Source: Heptranchias perlo
Lineage: Eukaryota
NCBI RefSeq assembly: GCF_035084215.1
Contig: NW_027139666.1
Coordinates: 992,001-1,056,000 of the forward strand
Direction of reading: 5' to 3'
DNA: 64,000 nucleotides
The notes beneath the pieces were generated by a model. The model worked only from the letters and a program-made list of their open reading frames with translations, made no database searches and was not told where the DNA came from. Below are positions 41,160 to 55,379 of this stretch, in pieces. The position numbers and the translations under genes were made by a program. Within the stretch, counting starts at the first letter, position 1. Each line of letters starts with the position of its first letter.

Positions 41160-44100
41160 AGAAGATGCAATCTAATCTCTCACTGATATTATACAAGGGA
41201 CAGACACACTATTAATCCCACACTCAGGGACAGTGCAGAGTGACAAAAACAATGGGCCACATTGAACCCTCTTTTGCCTGTTGTACCATCTGAAGTTTTG
41301 CAGCTCAAGGCTGTTCGATATTACTCTTAGTGACCGAGAATTTCACTCCGGTTAAATTAATCTGGGTCTGTTGCTGTTAGATATTAATCCTACACGGTCT
41401 CAGAAAATACACCAACTCCCACTTTCCTCCCATATTTCTCCAGGATTGGTTTGAGAAATCCTCCCTCCAGTTTCGGAGTCACACGTTTATTTATCAGCAG
41501 AGGTGCCAAAATTGAACTGGATCCTTTGGCTCATTCCACAGCCGCCCACTTTATCTATGAAAGGCTCTTTACCATCAAAAGATATTGACAGGAACAGCAG
41601 GGATGGAAACATCTCGTTTAATAGTTAGAGATTGTAAAGTCAGTCTGGATTCCAGCGTTATGCACTGGTGGAATCCCATCTGTTTCCCATTCTGGTGCCT
41701 GTTCCTGCACTGCCTGTGGACCCCATTTCCTCTGACCTCTCCCACAGCCCCACTTCCTTTGCTCAGACTCTGAAAAATTCCAATTGGGGAAAGTTTCCAT
41801 CGATTTTTGTATTGTGAATTATACCAGATATCTGCGCATGCGTGATTCAGCCCAGCCCCCAGCGCTGGTTGTTGGTGAGCAGAAGAGCGCAAGCGCGCTC
41901 CCCTCCCCCAGCTCGGCCTGTGGGCGCCATTCCCTCAGTGAGAGGAAGAAGATGGTTTAAAACAGCCGGGAATGGAGATATCACGGCCCCCGGAGGAAGG
42001 GAGCAAAGAGCAGCCTCGTTACAGCAGCTCATCGCATCGGGACCGTGTCCGCAGATGGGCTCAGAGATCGGCATTGAATCCGGGGAAAGGGCAGGGGGAG
42101 TCCGGGGGCTGTTTTGTAAGAGGCGGAGTGGATCAGGAACTGGTCCCGGAACATGGAGTGAGCGGTGGAAGGGAGAGGACATTCTCGGGCTGTGTGTGTA
42201 CAGCGTGTGTCCAGGGGAAGGGAGACAGAATGGTAAGAACCTACTATTTAAAATCATTGATGCTTTCTCTCCCCAAACCAGCAGTGAATGTTCCTGGTTT
42301 AGTTCCAGCCTCACCCTGTTTGTTGTTATTGGACAGTGAAGAGTGGAAATAGAGCCGGACAGTAAGGATGTGGGGAGTTATACAAAGAGCATATTATTGC
42401 AGGCCTCAGTTGAGAAGTGTGAAGGACACATTTTAAACAACGGCTGTTTGGTTTCAGTTGAACGGTTAGTCCCCTGGGTGAGGAGATTGGTAACCTGACC
42501 CGCACATCACGTCGTCCCATTCATGGATCAGTGCAGGGGTTGGGTTGTGTCTGGACTTCTCTAAATTGTTATAAAGCAGCCCAACACACCTGGTGCGCAG
42601 AAGCTGAGTGCTGCAGTACTGCAGTGGAGTCAGATACTGATACTGTTTGTATCGCTGGTTTTCATTTTTGGATATTCAAAATAATTATTAACAGATATTA
42701 AACTGATCACTTTTGTATTTTCCACCTCACCTGTTCTTGAGTTACAACAGATACGTTTCTTTTTACAGGCAAACCCTTGAAGGAGCCAGAACAAATGTGA
42801 AATTTCGTCCACCCGAGGCAAAGGAACAGTGCTGCCAACTCCTTATCACACACAGTATGTATATTATCACTCACAGAGAACGGAGACACAGACAGCTCAT
42901 CAGTTCCACAGTCTCAGACAGCAGAAGTAGTCAGTCCCACACTGATCCCAAAGTTCCAGAGACACATTTTCAATCCAACAGTCAAACAGAGCAGGTGAGG
43001 CAGACACTGTTCCATTTCTCCCGAACTCAGTCCCGCTGACAGGTAGATACAAAAATCCCAGTCCAAAGTCTCGCTTTCAGATTGTCAATTTCACAAAAGG
43101 GCAACATTAGCCATGAATTAAATACCAGATACCCCGAGATTCCAATTGAATACTGGTTCAGAACTCTCACACACACGTGAGTTTAATACATGCAGCATCC
43201 ATTCGAATAGTGTACCATTCGAATACAAATTGCCAGTCCAAAACTCATGTACAGTATCAGATTGAGAAATGCGGTGACAGTGTAACCTGAGAAACAAATT
43301 AGATACCAGTTTATAATATACTCATAGTATGAGATTTAAAGATACATTATCAATTCTATTAGCACAGACTGAGATACACATTACATACCAGTCCAAAAAT
43401 GTTATAAAATAAAATTTAATAATGCAGTATCAATTCCTTTAGTGCAGACTGATCTACACATTATATAGCAATTCAAAAATGTCAACATGTCAGTTTGAAA
43501 GATATATTATCATTCACAATATTACTCACAGAGATACAGATTTAATAGTAGTCCAAAAGCACACAAATTATCTGATTAAAACCTCCAGCATCAAATCCTG
43601 AAGTTTATCCAAATTTACCAATTAAATAATGAGAAAAATTATTTAAACATTATGATATTAAAGTACAGTATTGAATACCATAATGTAATCGGAGAAAATA
43701 ATTACATACAGATACAGAATGAATCTCACACTCAGATACAGTACAGAGACGCACAGATACAGAATGAATCCCACGTACACACACAGTACCAGAGATGACA
43801 GATACAGAATGAATCTCACTCACACACAGTACCACAAACTGACAGATACAGAATGAATGTCACAGTCACATTACTGCAGACTGAGTTACACATTGCATAC
43901 CAGTCCAAAGATCTCAAAGTGTCAGATTGAAAGATACTGTATCAATTCCATTAGTGCAGACTGAGCTACATATTAGATATATTGGTAAATACTCATAGAG
44001 TATTATACTGAAATAAACATTATCAATACCTTTGGTACAGACTGAGCTACACAATATATACTAGTCCAAAAACCTCATAAATGATCAGACTGGAATATAC

Positions 44101-45160
44101 GGCTTCAATACTATTAGCACTGCCTGACCTGTAGATTACATCCCAGACTGAAAATCCCATAAAATATTAGACTGAAAGAGAGATTATCGATTCCATGAGT
44201 GCAGACTGAGCCACACATTATATAGCAGTCCATGAATCTCATAATGTATCAGACTCAAAGATACAACATCAAATTCATTAGCACAGACTGAACTATATGT
44301 TACTCACCAGTCCAAAAATCTCATAGAGTATCAGATTGAATGATTCAATATCACTTCCATTATTGAAGACTGAGCTACACATCACATTCCAGTCCAAAAA
44401 TCTCATACAATATCAGACTGATAGATACAGTATCAATTCCTTTAGTGCAGGATGAGCTACATATTACATACCAGTCCAAAAATCTCATACAGTGTTAGAC
44501 TCAGATACAGACTTAATCCCATTATTGCAGACTGATCTACACATTACATACCAGTCCATTTATTTCAACATAAACAGACTGAAAAGTACATTATCATTCA
44601 CAATAGAGTTCAGAGATTAAGATGTAACACAACTCCAAAACTCACACCCGTTGTTTGATTAAAGAAAATCGAAAAGTGTATCCATATTAATAAATTAAAT
44701 ACTCGAAGAACTGTATGTACTTTAAAGTATTAAAAATACAGTTTCAAATTCCGATACTGTAATCTGAAATAAGAATAAAGAATGAATACAGACTTGCACA
44801 TTTTCTCAGATACTGAATTACAGAATGAATCCCACACTGAGATAAAATAGCAGAAAATGGCAGATACATAATGTATCCAACACTCACAGATAGTACCAGA
44901 GACTGACAGGTGCTTGAGAAAGACAGATACAGAATGAATCCATCACTTATATACAGTACCTTCGACTGACAGATGCAGAATATACCCTACGCTCACACTC
45001 AGTAGTGGAGACTGATAGATACAGAATGAATCCCAAACTCACGCACAGTACCAGAGTCAGACATGTAGAGGATAAACCCCACTCTCATGCACAGTCCCAG
45101 AGACAGGCAGACAGAGAATAAACCCCACTCTCGTACACAGTACCTGAGACTGACCTCTAC
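41160..45160 (+). other. Segmental duplicate of ~12775-17810
   Basis: Colinear GAAGATGCA.TCT.ATCTCTCACTGATATT..., CpG promoter, exon-like segments and satellites. Confidence 0.9.
43210..45155 (+). repeat. Satellite block (82-bp/46-bp)
   Basis: Paralog of the 19.4-23.4 kb block. Confidence 0.9.
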
Positions 45161-46859
45161 TGGACGTAAGCGAGAACTGTAAAAGAGGGGGACAAATTCA
45201 CATCATTTGTCATGGTTACAGAAACATGACAATGCAATGTGAGGAAAGTCTCCGTCTGCAACTATTACTCTCGTATTTTTGCATATTATGACAGTGAAAA
45301 ATGAAGACAATTGATTCATAATAAGGTATTGTTTTACTCATTCGATAGTTGTGAATTTGCCCCATTATATTTCACTTTACATTGCACAGTATTTCTCTCT
45401 GATTTCTCAGGACACGATTTACATTGCTCCTCTACCCCGTTTAGACTCTTCTTTTCCATGCAGTATGTGGCCTCCTTATTCCCCCAAGTCAAACGCACCA
45501 CCTCACACATTTCTATATTGAAATTCAATGGCCATTTACACGGCCGTTCTGTAAGTTTATTTTGTCACATTCTTCCTCAGTATCGACAATAACCCTAAAT
45601 TAATTCGAAGAATTTAACACAGCAGTACAAATAGTGTTTGGTCTAACAAAATGTACTTGCAGCACGTCTCCATTACTAGTCTTTCTAAATCTCACTCGTG
45701 CAATACAATGTGAAGAATGAGTTTATCTTCTGTCCCTCTCTCATCTGCAAACTTCAATGTCGCGGGGCTTGGGGACATCTACTGGCCAGAAGCAGAACTG
45801 CAACATTTCGGTCCAAATTGTTGAAACCGGATAATGTGCAGTGTGAGCGTGTTTGCAATTGGTGGCAGCAATAAAATCTGATTTTTCATACCTGCCCATT
45901 AAATTTTAGTATTTGTTATTGAACAGTGAACAGAACCGGACAATAAGGATATGGGGAGTTATAAAAAGAGCATCTATTGCAGGTATCAGGTGAGAAGTTT
46001 GAAGGACACATTTTAAATAGTGGCTGTATTGTTTCGGTTTAATTGTTAGTCCCATGGGAGAGGGGATTAGAAACATGACCTGTACAAAGGTCCCCGCCCC
46101 ATCGGGTACTCCCATTCATGGATCAGTGCAGGGGTTGGGTTGTGTCTGCATGTCATTAAATTGTTGTAAAACAGCCCAACACACCTGGTGTGCAGAAGCT
46201 GAGTGATGCAGTACTGTCGTGGAGTCAGACACTGACACTGTTTGTATCGCTGGTTTCCATTTGTGGATGTTATCGTGATTATTAACAGAGAGATTCAATT
46301 GATCACTTTTGTATTTTCTACTTCACCTGTTGTTAAGTTACAAGCGATATTTTTTCTTCCTCCAGGCAAATCCTTGAAGGACCCAGAATCAGTCTGATGT
46401 TTACTCCACCCGAGGCACAAGGAGCAGTGCAGCCAGCTCCTTCTCACACACAGTAGGTACATTATCACTCACAAAGCACAGAGACACAGACAGGTCACCA
46501 GTCCCACAGTCTCAGACAGCAGAAATAGTCAGTCCCACATTGATCCCAATCCAACAGTCAAACAGAGCAGGAGAGACAGACGGAATTTCCATTTCACAAC
46601 AACTCAGTACCGCTGACCGGCAGATAAATAATTCCCAGTCCAAAATCACACCCACTATCAGATTGAAAGGCACTGTGTCAATCTCACATTAGTTCAGCCT
46701 TAGCTACAAATTAAATCCCAGATGGACCTGACACATGGGACCGATTGATAGGTACAGAATGAATCACAACAGTGTACCCCGAGATTCAAATTAAATACCA
46801 GCCCACAACTCACACACATTATGAGTTTAAAGATGCAGTATTCATGACCACATTGTACA

Positions 46860-49125
46860 CTGAGATACACATTAGATACCAGTTCAGATGTTACCCAAAT
46901 TTGACTCACATATTTGTCCAAAAACCTCATAGTGTCAGAATGAAATGTCCATTTCAATTCCTTTACTGCAGACTGAGGTACACATTAGATACCAGTCCAA
47001 AATTCTCATATAGTATGAGACTGAAAGATACAGTATCAATCCCATTGGTGCAGACTGAGCTACACGTCACATACAAGTCCAAAAATCTCAGTGTCAGGTT
47101 GAAAAATACAGAATCAATTCCATCAGTGCAGATTGAGCTACACATTATATACCAGTCCAAAATTCACATAGAGTCTCGTACTGGAAGATACAGTATCAAT
47201 CCCATTAGTGCAGGCTGAGGTACACATTAGTTACCTGTCCAAAAATCTCATTGTGTCAAACTGAAAGGCACAGTATCAATTCCTTTACTGCAGACAGAGG
47301 TTTACATTAGATACTTGTCTAAAAATCACGTACAGTATCATACTGAGGTATAAACTATCGATTTGATTAGTACAGACTGATCTACAAGCAATATACCAGT
47401 ACAAATATCTCACACGGTATCAGACTGCAAGATACAGTATCAATCCCATTAGTGCAGACTGAGGTTCACATTAGATACCAGTCCAAAAGTCACATTCAGT
47501 GTCAAACTGAAAGATACAGTATCAATTCCATTAGTGAAGAGTGAACGACACCTTACAAACCAGCCTAAATATATTACACAGTATCAGACTGGAAGGTACA
47601 GTATGAATTCCATTAGTGCAGACTGAACTACACATTATATACCGTCCAAAAATCTCATACATTATCATACTAATACATACAGTATGAAACCTATTAGTGT
47701 AGACAAAGCTACACATTACAAATCAGTCCAAAAATCTCTTGCAGTGTCTGACTGAAAGTTAGAGTGTCAATTCCATTAGTACAGACAGAACCACAGATTA
47801 CATACCAGTCTAAAAATCTCATACAGTGTCAGACTGAAAGATACAATATCAATTCCATTCGCCCAGACTGAGCTACACAATAAATGGCAGTGCAATAATT
47901 TCACAGTATAAGATTGAAATGTACATTATCTTCAGAGATGAAGATGTAATCCTACAACAAAATTCACACACGTTGTTAGATTGAAACAAAATCCAAAAGT
48001 GTATCCATATTTACAAATTAATGCCACACAAAAGATTTGTTTACGTTAATGAATTAAAGAAACAGTTTCAAGCACCATACTGTAACATGAAATAAGACTA
48101 CAGAACGAATCCAGACTTGCAATTTGCCCAGAGATTGAGTTACGCAATGAATCCCCAACTGAGATAAAATACCAGAGACTGACAGTCACAGATTGAATCC
48201 CACACTCACAGATAGAACCAGAGATTGACAGATACAGAATGAATCTCACACTCACATAAGGTACCAGAGTCTAACAGATACAGATTGAATCCCACACTCA
48301 CACACAGTACCAGAGACTGACAGATACAGAATGTATCTCAAATTCACAGACAGTATCAGAGACTGACAGATCCAGAATGAATCTCACACTCACATACAGT
48401 ACCAGAGAATGACAGATACAGAATGAATCTCACACTCACATACAGTACCAGAGTCTGACAGATACAGAATGAAACCCACACTCACCTGCAGCACCAGAGA
48501 CTGACAGATACAGAATGAATCCCACACTCACACACAGTACCAGAGACTGACAGATACAGAATGAATCCCACACTCACACACGGTACCAGAGACTGACAGA
48601 TACAGAATTAATCCCACACTCACAGATAGCACCAGAGACTGACAGATACAGAATGAATCCCACACTCACACACAGTACCTGAGATTGGCAGATACAGAAT
48701 GAATCTCACACACAGTACCAGAGACTGACAGATACAGAATGAATCCCACACTCACAAGCAGTACCTGAGTTTGGCAGATACAGAATGAATCCCACACTCA
48801 CACACAGTACCAGAGACTGACAGATACAGAATGAATCCCACACTCACACACGGTACCAGAGACTGACAGATACAGAATTAATCCCACACTCACAGATAGC
48901 ACCAGAGACTGACAGATACAGAATGAATCCCACACTCACAGACTGTACTGGAGACTGACGGATACAGAATTAATATCACACTCACAGATAGCACCAGAGA
49001 GTGACAGATACAGAATGAATCCCGCACTCACAGACTGTACTGGAGACTGACCGATAAAGAATGAATATCACACTCAAATGCTGACTGACAGACAGAATTA
49101 ATCCCACACTCTCATACAGTCTGAC
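46860..49125 (+). repeat. Satellite block; 46-bp array expanded and homogeneous at ~48170-49120
   Basis: CAGAGA at 48541 and 48587 (46-bp period). Confidence 0.93.
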
Positions 49126-49726
49126 ATCTACTGGCCATAAGTGAGAACTGTAACAGAGTGGAACAAATTCACATTATCTTCGTTGTTACAGATTCAGGAC
49201 AATGTGCAATGTGAGGAAATAGTTTCTCTCTTAAACTTCTACTCTCGTATTTTTTCATATTTTGTCAGTGAAAAATTAGACAATTGATTCTTAATAAAGT
49301 TTTTGTTTGGTCGTTTGAAAATTGCCCCAGCAGATTTCAGTATACATTGCTCAATATTTCTGTCCGATTTCTCAGGACACGATTTATATTAATTCAAATA
49401 AACCGAACTGAAACAAAAATAAAAACCGAGCGCAAATCTGGAAGTTTCAATGGCGACCGTCAAAAGTGAAAGGGATAAAATATAGAAAAAATGAAAACCG
49501 AAAATGCTGGAAAGACTCAGCAGGTCCGGCAGCATCTGTGGAAAAGGGAAGCTCGGGTTAACGGTTCAGGTCAATGACCCTTCTATAGATCAGAAAGGTT
49601 AATCCGACATAATTTAAATAAGGAACGGGAATCGGCAGAGGGAAAAACTTCAGAAAATCAATTAATTTCACTAATCCGGGCAATTGTGTCCTGTATCCAC
49701 AGTACAGATCAGTGAGTCCATCCGCA

Positions 49727-50542
49727 GCTCTGGAGCTGCGGATGGACTCACTTTGGAGCATCCGCGATGCTGAGAAAGTCGTGGATAGCACGTTCAGTGA
49801 GTTGGTCACACCGCAGATAAAAATTACTGAGGGAGATAGTGAATGGGTGACCAACAGACAGAGGAAGAGTAGGAAGGCAGTGCAGGGGTCCCCTGCGGTC
49901 ATCTCCCTCCAAAACAGGTATACCGTTTTGGATACTGTTGGCGGAGATGGCTCACCAGGGGAAGGTGGCAGTGGCCAGGTTCATGGCACCGTGGCTGGCT
50001 CTGCTGCACAGGAGGGCAGGAAAAAGAGTGGCAGAGCTATAGTGATAGGGGACTCGATTGTAAGGGGAATAGACAGGCGTTTCTGCGGACGCAACCGAGA
50101 CTCCAGGATGGTATGTTGCCTCCCTGGTGCAAGGGTCAAGGATGTCTCGGAGCGGCTGCAGGACATTCTGGAGGGGGAGGGTGAACAGCCAGTTGTCGTG
50201 GTGCATATCGGCACCAACGATATAGGTAAAAAACAGGATGAGGTCCTACAAGCTGAATTCAGGGAGTTAGGAGTTAAACTAAAGAGTAGGACCTCAAAGG
50301 TAGTAATCTCAGGATTGCTACCAGTGCCACGGGTTAGTCAGAGTAGGAATGACAGGATAGCTAAGATGAATACGTGGCTTGAGAGATGGTGCAAGCTGGA
50401 GGGATTCAAATTCCTGGGCCATTGGAACCGGTTCTGGGGGAGGTGGGACCAGTACAAATTGGACGGTCTGCATCTGGGCAGGACTGGAACCAATGTCCTA
50501 GGGGGAGTGTTTGCCAGTGCTGTTGGGGAGGGTTTAAACTAA
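49727..50542 (+). CDS. CR1 ORF1 (N-truncated), SGNH/GDSL esterase-like
   Basis: IVIGDSIVR, PGA, VVVHIGTND, DGLH motifs. Confidence 0.9.
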   Translation, partial: ALELRMDSLWSIRDAEKVVDSTFSELVTPQIKITEGDSEWVTNRQRKSRKAVQGSPAVISLQNRYTVLDTVGGDGSPGEGGSGQVHGTVAGSAAQEGRKKSGRAIVIGDSIVRGIDRRFCGRNRDSRMVCCLPGARVKDVSERLQDILEGEGEQPVVVVHIGTNDIGKKQDEVLQAEFRELGVKLKSRTSKVVISGLLPVPRVSQSRNDRIAKMNTWLERWCKLEGFKFLGHWNRFWGRWDQYKLDGLHLGRTGTNVLGGVFASAVGEGLN

Positions 50543-53490
50543 TGTGGCAGGGGGATGGGAACCGATGCAGGAAGTCAGTGGGAAATAAAGTGGTGACAGA
50601 AACAAAAGGCAGTAAGGGAGAGTGTACAGAACATGACCGGACAGATGGTCTGAGAAAGCAGGGCAAAGACCAAGGGAAGTCTAGATTAAACTGCATTTAT
50701 TTCAATGCAAGAAGTCTGATGGGCAAGGCAGATGAACTCAGGGCATGGATGGGTACATGGGACTGGGATGTTATAGCTATTACTGAAACATGGCTAAGGG
50801 AGGGGCAGGACTGGCAGCTCAATGTTCCAGGGTACAGATGCTATAGGAAAGATAGAGCAGGAGGTAAGTTAGGAGGGGGAGTTGCGTTCTTGATTAGGGA
50901 GAACATCACGGCAGTCGTGAGAGGGGATATATCCGAGGGTTCGCCCACTGAGTCCATATGGGTAGAACTGAAAAATAAGAAGGGAGAGATCACTTTGATA
51001 GGATTGTACTACAGACCCCCAAATAGTCAACGGGAAATTGAGGAGCAAATATGTAAGGAGATTACAGACAGCTGCAAGAAAAATAGGGTGGTAATAGTAG
51101 GGGACTTTAACTTTCCCAACATTGACTGGGACAGCCATAGCATTGGGGGCTTGGATGGAGAGAAATTTGTTGAGTGTATTCAGGAGGAATTTCTCATTCA
51201 GTATGTGGATGGCCCGACTAGAGAGGGGGCAAAACTTGACCTCCTCTTGGGAAATAAGGAAGGGCAGGTGACAGAAGTGTTAGTGAGGGATCACTTTGGG
51301 ACCAGTGATCATAATTCCATTAGTTTTAAGATAGCTATGGAGAAGGATAGGTCTGGCCCAAAAGTTAAAATTCTAAATTGGGGAAAGGCCAATTTTGATG
51401 GTATTAGACAGGAACTTTCAGAAGTTGATTGGGAGAGTCTGTTGGCAGGCAAAGGGACGTCTGGTAAGTGGGAGGCTTTCAAAAGTGTGTTAACCAGGGT
51501 TCAGGGTAAGCACATTCCTTATAAAGTGAAGGGCAAGGCTGGTAGAAGTAGGGAACCTTGGATGACTCGGGAGATTGAGGCACTAGTCAAAAATAAGAAG
51601 GAGGCATATGACATGCATAGGGAGCTGGGATCAAGTGGATCCCTTGAAGAGTATAGAGATTGCCGGAGTAGAGTTAAGAGAGAAATCAGGAGGGCAAAAA
51701 GGGGATATGAGATTGCTTTGGCAGATCAGGCAAAGGTGAATCCAAAGAGCTTCTACAAATACATAAAGGGCAAAAGGGTAACTAGGGAGAGAGTAGGGCC
51801 TCTTAAGGATCAACAAGGTCATCTCTGTGCGGAACCACAAGAGATGGGTGAGATCCTGAATGAATATTTCACATCGGTATTTACGGTTGAGAAAGGCATG
51901 GATGTTAGGGAACTTGGGGAAATAAATAGTGATGTCTTGAGGAGTGTACATATTACAGAGAGGGAGGTGCTGGAAGTCTTAACGCGCATCAAGGTAGATA
52001 AATCTCCGGGACCTGATGAAATGTATCCCAGGACGTTATGGGAGGTTAGGGAGGAAATTGCGGGTCCCCTAGCAGAGATATTTGAATCATCCACCGCTAC
52101 AGGTGAGGTGCCTGAAGATTGGAGGGTAGCAAATGTTGTGCCTTTGTTTAAGAAGGGCGGCAGGGAAAAGCCTGGGAACTAGAGACCAGTGAGCCTGACA
52201 TCTGTAGTGGGTAAGTTGTTAGAGGGTATTCTGAGGGACAGGATCTACAGGCATTTGGAGAGGCAGGGACTAATTAGGAACAGTCAGCATGGTTTTGTGA
52301 GAGGAAAATCATGTCTCACGAATTTGATTGAGTTTTTTGAAAGGGTAACCAAGAATATAGATGAGGGCTGTGCAGTAGACGTGGTCTACATGGACTTCAG
52401 CAAAGCATTTGACAAGGTACCGCATGGTAGATTGTTACATAAGGTTAAATCTCATGGGATCCAAGGTGAGGTAGCCAATTGGATACAAAATTGGCTTGAC
52501 GACAGAAGACAAAGGGTGGTTGTCGAGGGTTGTTTTTCAAACTGGATGCCTGTGTCCAGCGGTGTGCCTCAGGGATCGGTGCTGGGTCCGCTGTTATTTG
52601 TTATTTATATTAATGATTTGGATGAGAATTTAGGAGGCATGGTTAGTAAGTTTGCAGATGACACCAAGATTGGTGGCATTGTGGACAGTGAAGAAGGTTA
52701 TCTAGGATTGCAACGGGATCTTGATAAATTGGGCCAGTGGGCCGATGAATGGCAGATGGAGTTTAATTTAGATAAATGTGAGGTGATGCATTTTGGTAGA
52801 TCGAATCGGGCCAGGACCTACTCCGTTAATGGTAGGGCGTTGGGGAGAGTTATAGAACAAAGAGATCTAGGAGTACAGATTCATAGCTCCTTGAAAGTGG
52901 AGTCACAGGTGGATAGGGTGGTGAAGAATGCATTCAGCATGCTTGGTTTCATTGGTCAGAACATTGAATGCAGGAGTTGGGATGTCTTGTTGAAGTTGGA
53001 CAGGGCATTGGTGAGGCCACACTTGGAGTACTGTGTACAGTTCTGGTCACCCTATTATAGAAAGGATATTATTAAACTAGAAAGAGTGCAGAAAAGATTT
53101 ACTAGGATGCTACCGGGACTTGATGGTTTGACTTACAGGGAGAGGTTAGACAGACTGGGACTTTATTCCCTGGAGAGTAGGAGGTTAAGGGGTGATCTTA
53201 TAGAAGTCTATAAAATAATGAGAGGCATAGATAAGGTCGATAGTCAAAATCTTTTCCCAAAGGTAGGGGAGTCTATAACGAGGGGGCACAGATTTAAGGT
53301 GAGAGGGGAGAGATACAAAAGGATCCAGAGGGGCAATTTTTTCACTCAAAGGGTGGTGAGTGTCTGGAACGAGCTGCCAGAGGCAGTAGTAGAGGCGTGT
53401 ACAATTTTGTCTTTTAAAAAGCATTTGGACAGTTACATGGGGAAGATGGGTATCGAGGGATATGGGCCAAGTGCAGGCAATTGGGACTAG
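50542..53490 (+). pseudogene. CR1 ORF2 (endonuclease + reverse transcriptase) with one in-frame TAG at 52180-52182
   Basis: Starts at the TAATG overlap; the two track ORFs are in frame, split at PGN*RP (normally PGNYRP). Confidence 0.93.
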
Positions 53491-53720
53491 CTTAGTGGTA
53501 TAAACTGGGCGACATGGACATGTTGGGCCGAAGGGCCTGTTTCCATGTTGTAACTTCTATGATTCTATGATTCTATAATACAAAGGAACAGAGTTAAATT
53601 CATCGTTATGAGGGAAAAATGAATTTTAGAAGTATTTTTTTATATAAATTAGACCCGTTTGGAAACATTATCGCTCTGAACATCATCAAATTCGGTTCCA
53701 GTCTTGGTGTTTCTGAATTC

Positions 53721-53790
53721 AGCGTGCTAGGATTCAAACCTGTTGGAATTAACTGTTTGGAAGGCATCTATACTCACCATTATAGCGCCT
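53721..53790 (-). pseudogene. Decayed tRNA-Gly(TCC) copy
   Basis: Paralog of 3960-4030 in the duplicated unit. Confidence 0.65.
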
Positions 53791-55379
53791 TATTTCACGA
53801 GGAGAGAGAAATAGTGTGTTTCTGTGGAATTTCGGACTGGGTTTCTGGCACTTTAATCACAGACAATAAATCGTTACAAAACATCAGCCCCTGAACAGAC
53901 ACAACAAGCTGGTGGAATTTCTCATTCATAGATATTAAATAAGGGGATGGCAAAAGCGAATCGGAAGAGTTTAGGAAGAAGTCACAAAAACAATTAGGGA
54001 AGAAAACAAGAACCACGAAATCAAATTATCAAGGAATATAAAAAGTAAAAGTAAATTATTCCACAGACACAAAAAATAACAAAAGGAAAATCAGAATATC
54101 TTGAGGGCCACTAAGGGATTCACAAGATAAACTCACAGGTAACGTCACCGAAATGCCACACATATTGAATTATTACTTTCCCTCACTATTTACCCGGGAG
54201 ATTAACAGGGTGAATATGATATCAGAGGAAGAGGTCAATAAAGATATCAAGGCATTTAAGTTAGAAAGGGTGGTAGAACTCCTGGTCCAGATGGATTGCA
54301 TCCGCACATATTAAATGAAACAAGGGAAGAGATAGCAGAGGCACTGTTACATATATAGGAAAAATCATTACAGAAAGGAATAGTGCCAGAGGACTGGATG
54401 ACAGTTAATGTGATTCTTATATTTTGAAACAGGAGATAGATCAAATCCAGGGAACTAAAGACCAGTTATCTAAAGGTCGGTGGTAGGAATGATCATGGAA
54501 TCTTTTACTCAATGATGCAATAGAAAAACATCTAGAAACCAAAAATATAATAAAGAATAGTCAGCACGGATTTCAGAAAGGGAAGGTTTAATAGTTTGGC
54601 AGAAGGTTTGACAGTTTAAATTTCAGTTCAACATAACTTATCTGCTTTTCAATTCTATTCCTCTAGAATGTGCTGTGTTTGCTTTTTATGGTCTTATCAA
54701 CCTGTGTTGCTACTTTTAATGATTTGTCAATCTATACCCCTAAATCCCGTTGCTCTTCCACCCCATTTAGACTTTTATTTTCCAAGCAGGATGTGGCCTC
54801 CTTATTCCCCCGAGCGAAATGCACCACCTCACACCTTTCAATATGGAAATTCAATGCCCATTTACAAGCCTTTCAGCAAGCTTATTAAACTCTTTTTTTA
54901 TGTATTTTTCCTCAGTATAAGCTATACCCACTAAATTAATTACAAACATTGAATACAGCATTTCAACTAATGCTTTGTCCAATAAAATGTTCACCATTCA
55001 CAGTATTTACGAATCCCACCCGTGCAATATAATGTGAAGAATGAGTTTATCTTCTGTCCCTCTCTCATCTGCAAACTTCAAAGACCCGGGGTTTGGGGAC
55101 ATCTACTGGCCGGAAGCAGAATTGCAACAGTTCTGAACAAATTTCTGAAACCGGACAATGTGCAGTGTGAGCGTGTTTGTGATTGGTGGCACGTATTAAA
55201 TCTGATTGGTTTCTTCAGATGTCCAATCAAATTGATAAAGGAAAAATATTGTGACATCAGTCCCAATCACAATCATTGCCTTCCCTCATCCCTCATTAGA
55301 ATAGGGCTGTGGGGCTGCCTATTTAAGCCGAGCTCGGAGCGGATTTGGGTCATTTCTGAGTCTGAAATTGATTTTGAAA

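Larger units (their letters stand above)
49711..53576 (+). mobile_element. CR1-clade LINE, family A, 5'-truncated within ORF1
   Basis: ORF1 SGNH esterase (GDS, GTND, DGLH); ORF2 APE endonuclease (ITETW, GDFN, SDH) plus RT (GVPQGSVLGP, FADD); 3' (ATTCTATG)n tail. Absent from paralogous sites at ~3795 and ~27865. Confidence 0.97.

Noticed and set aside
48170-49120. Regular repeats resembling a CRISPR array (also 32.0-32.6 kb)
   Set aside because: Contiguous tandem units with no unique spacers, no cas genes, eukaryotic context.
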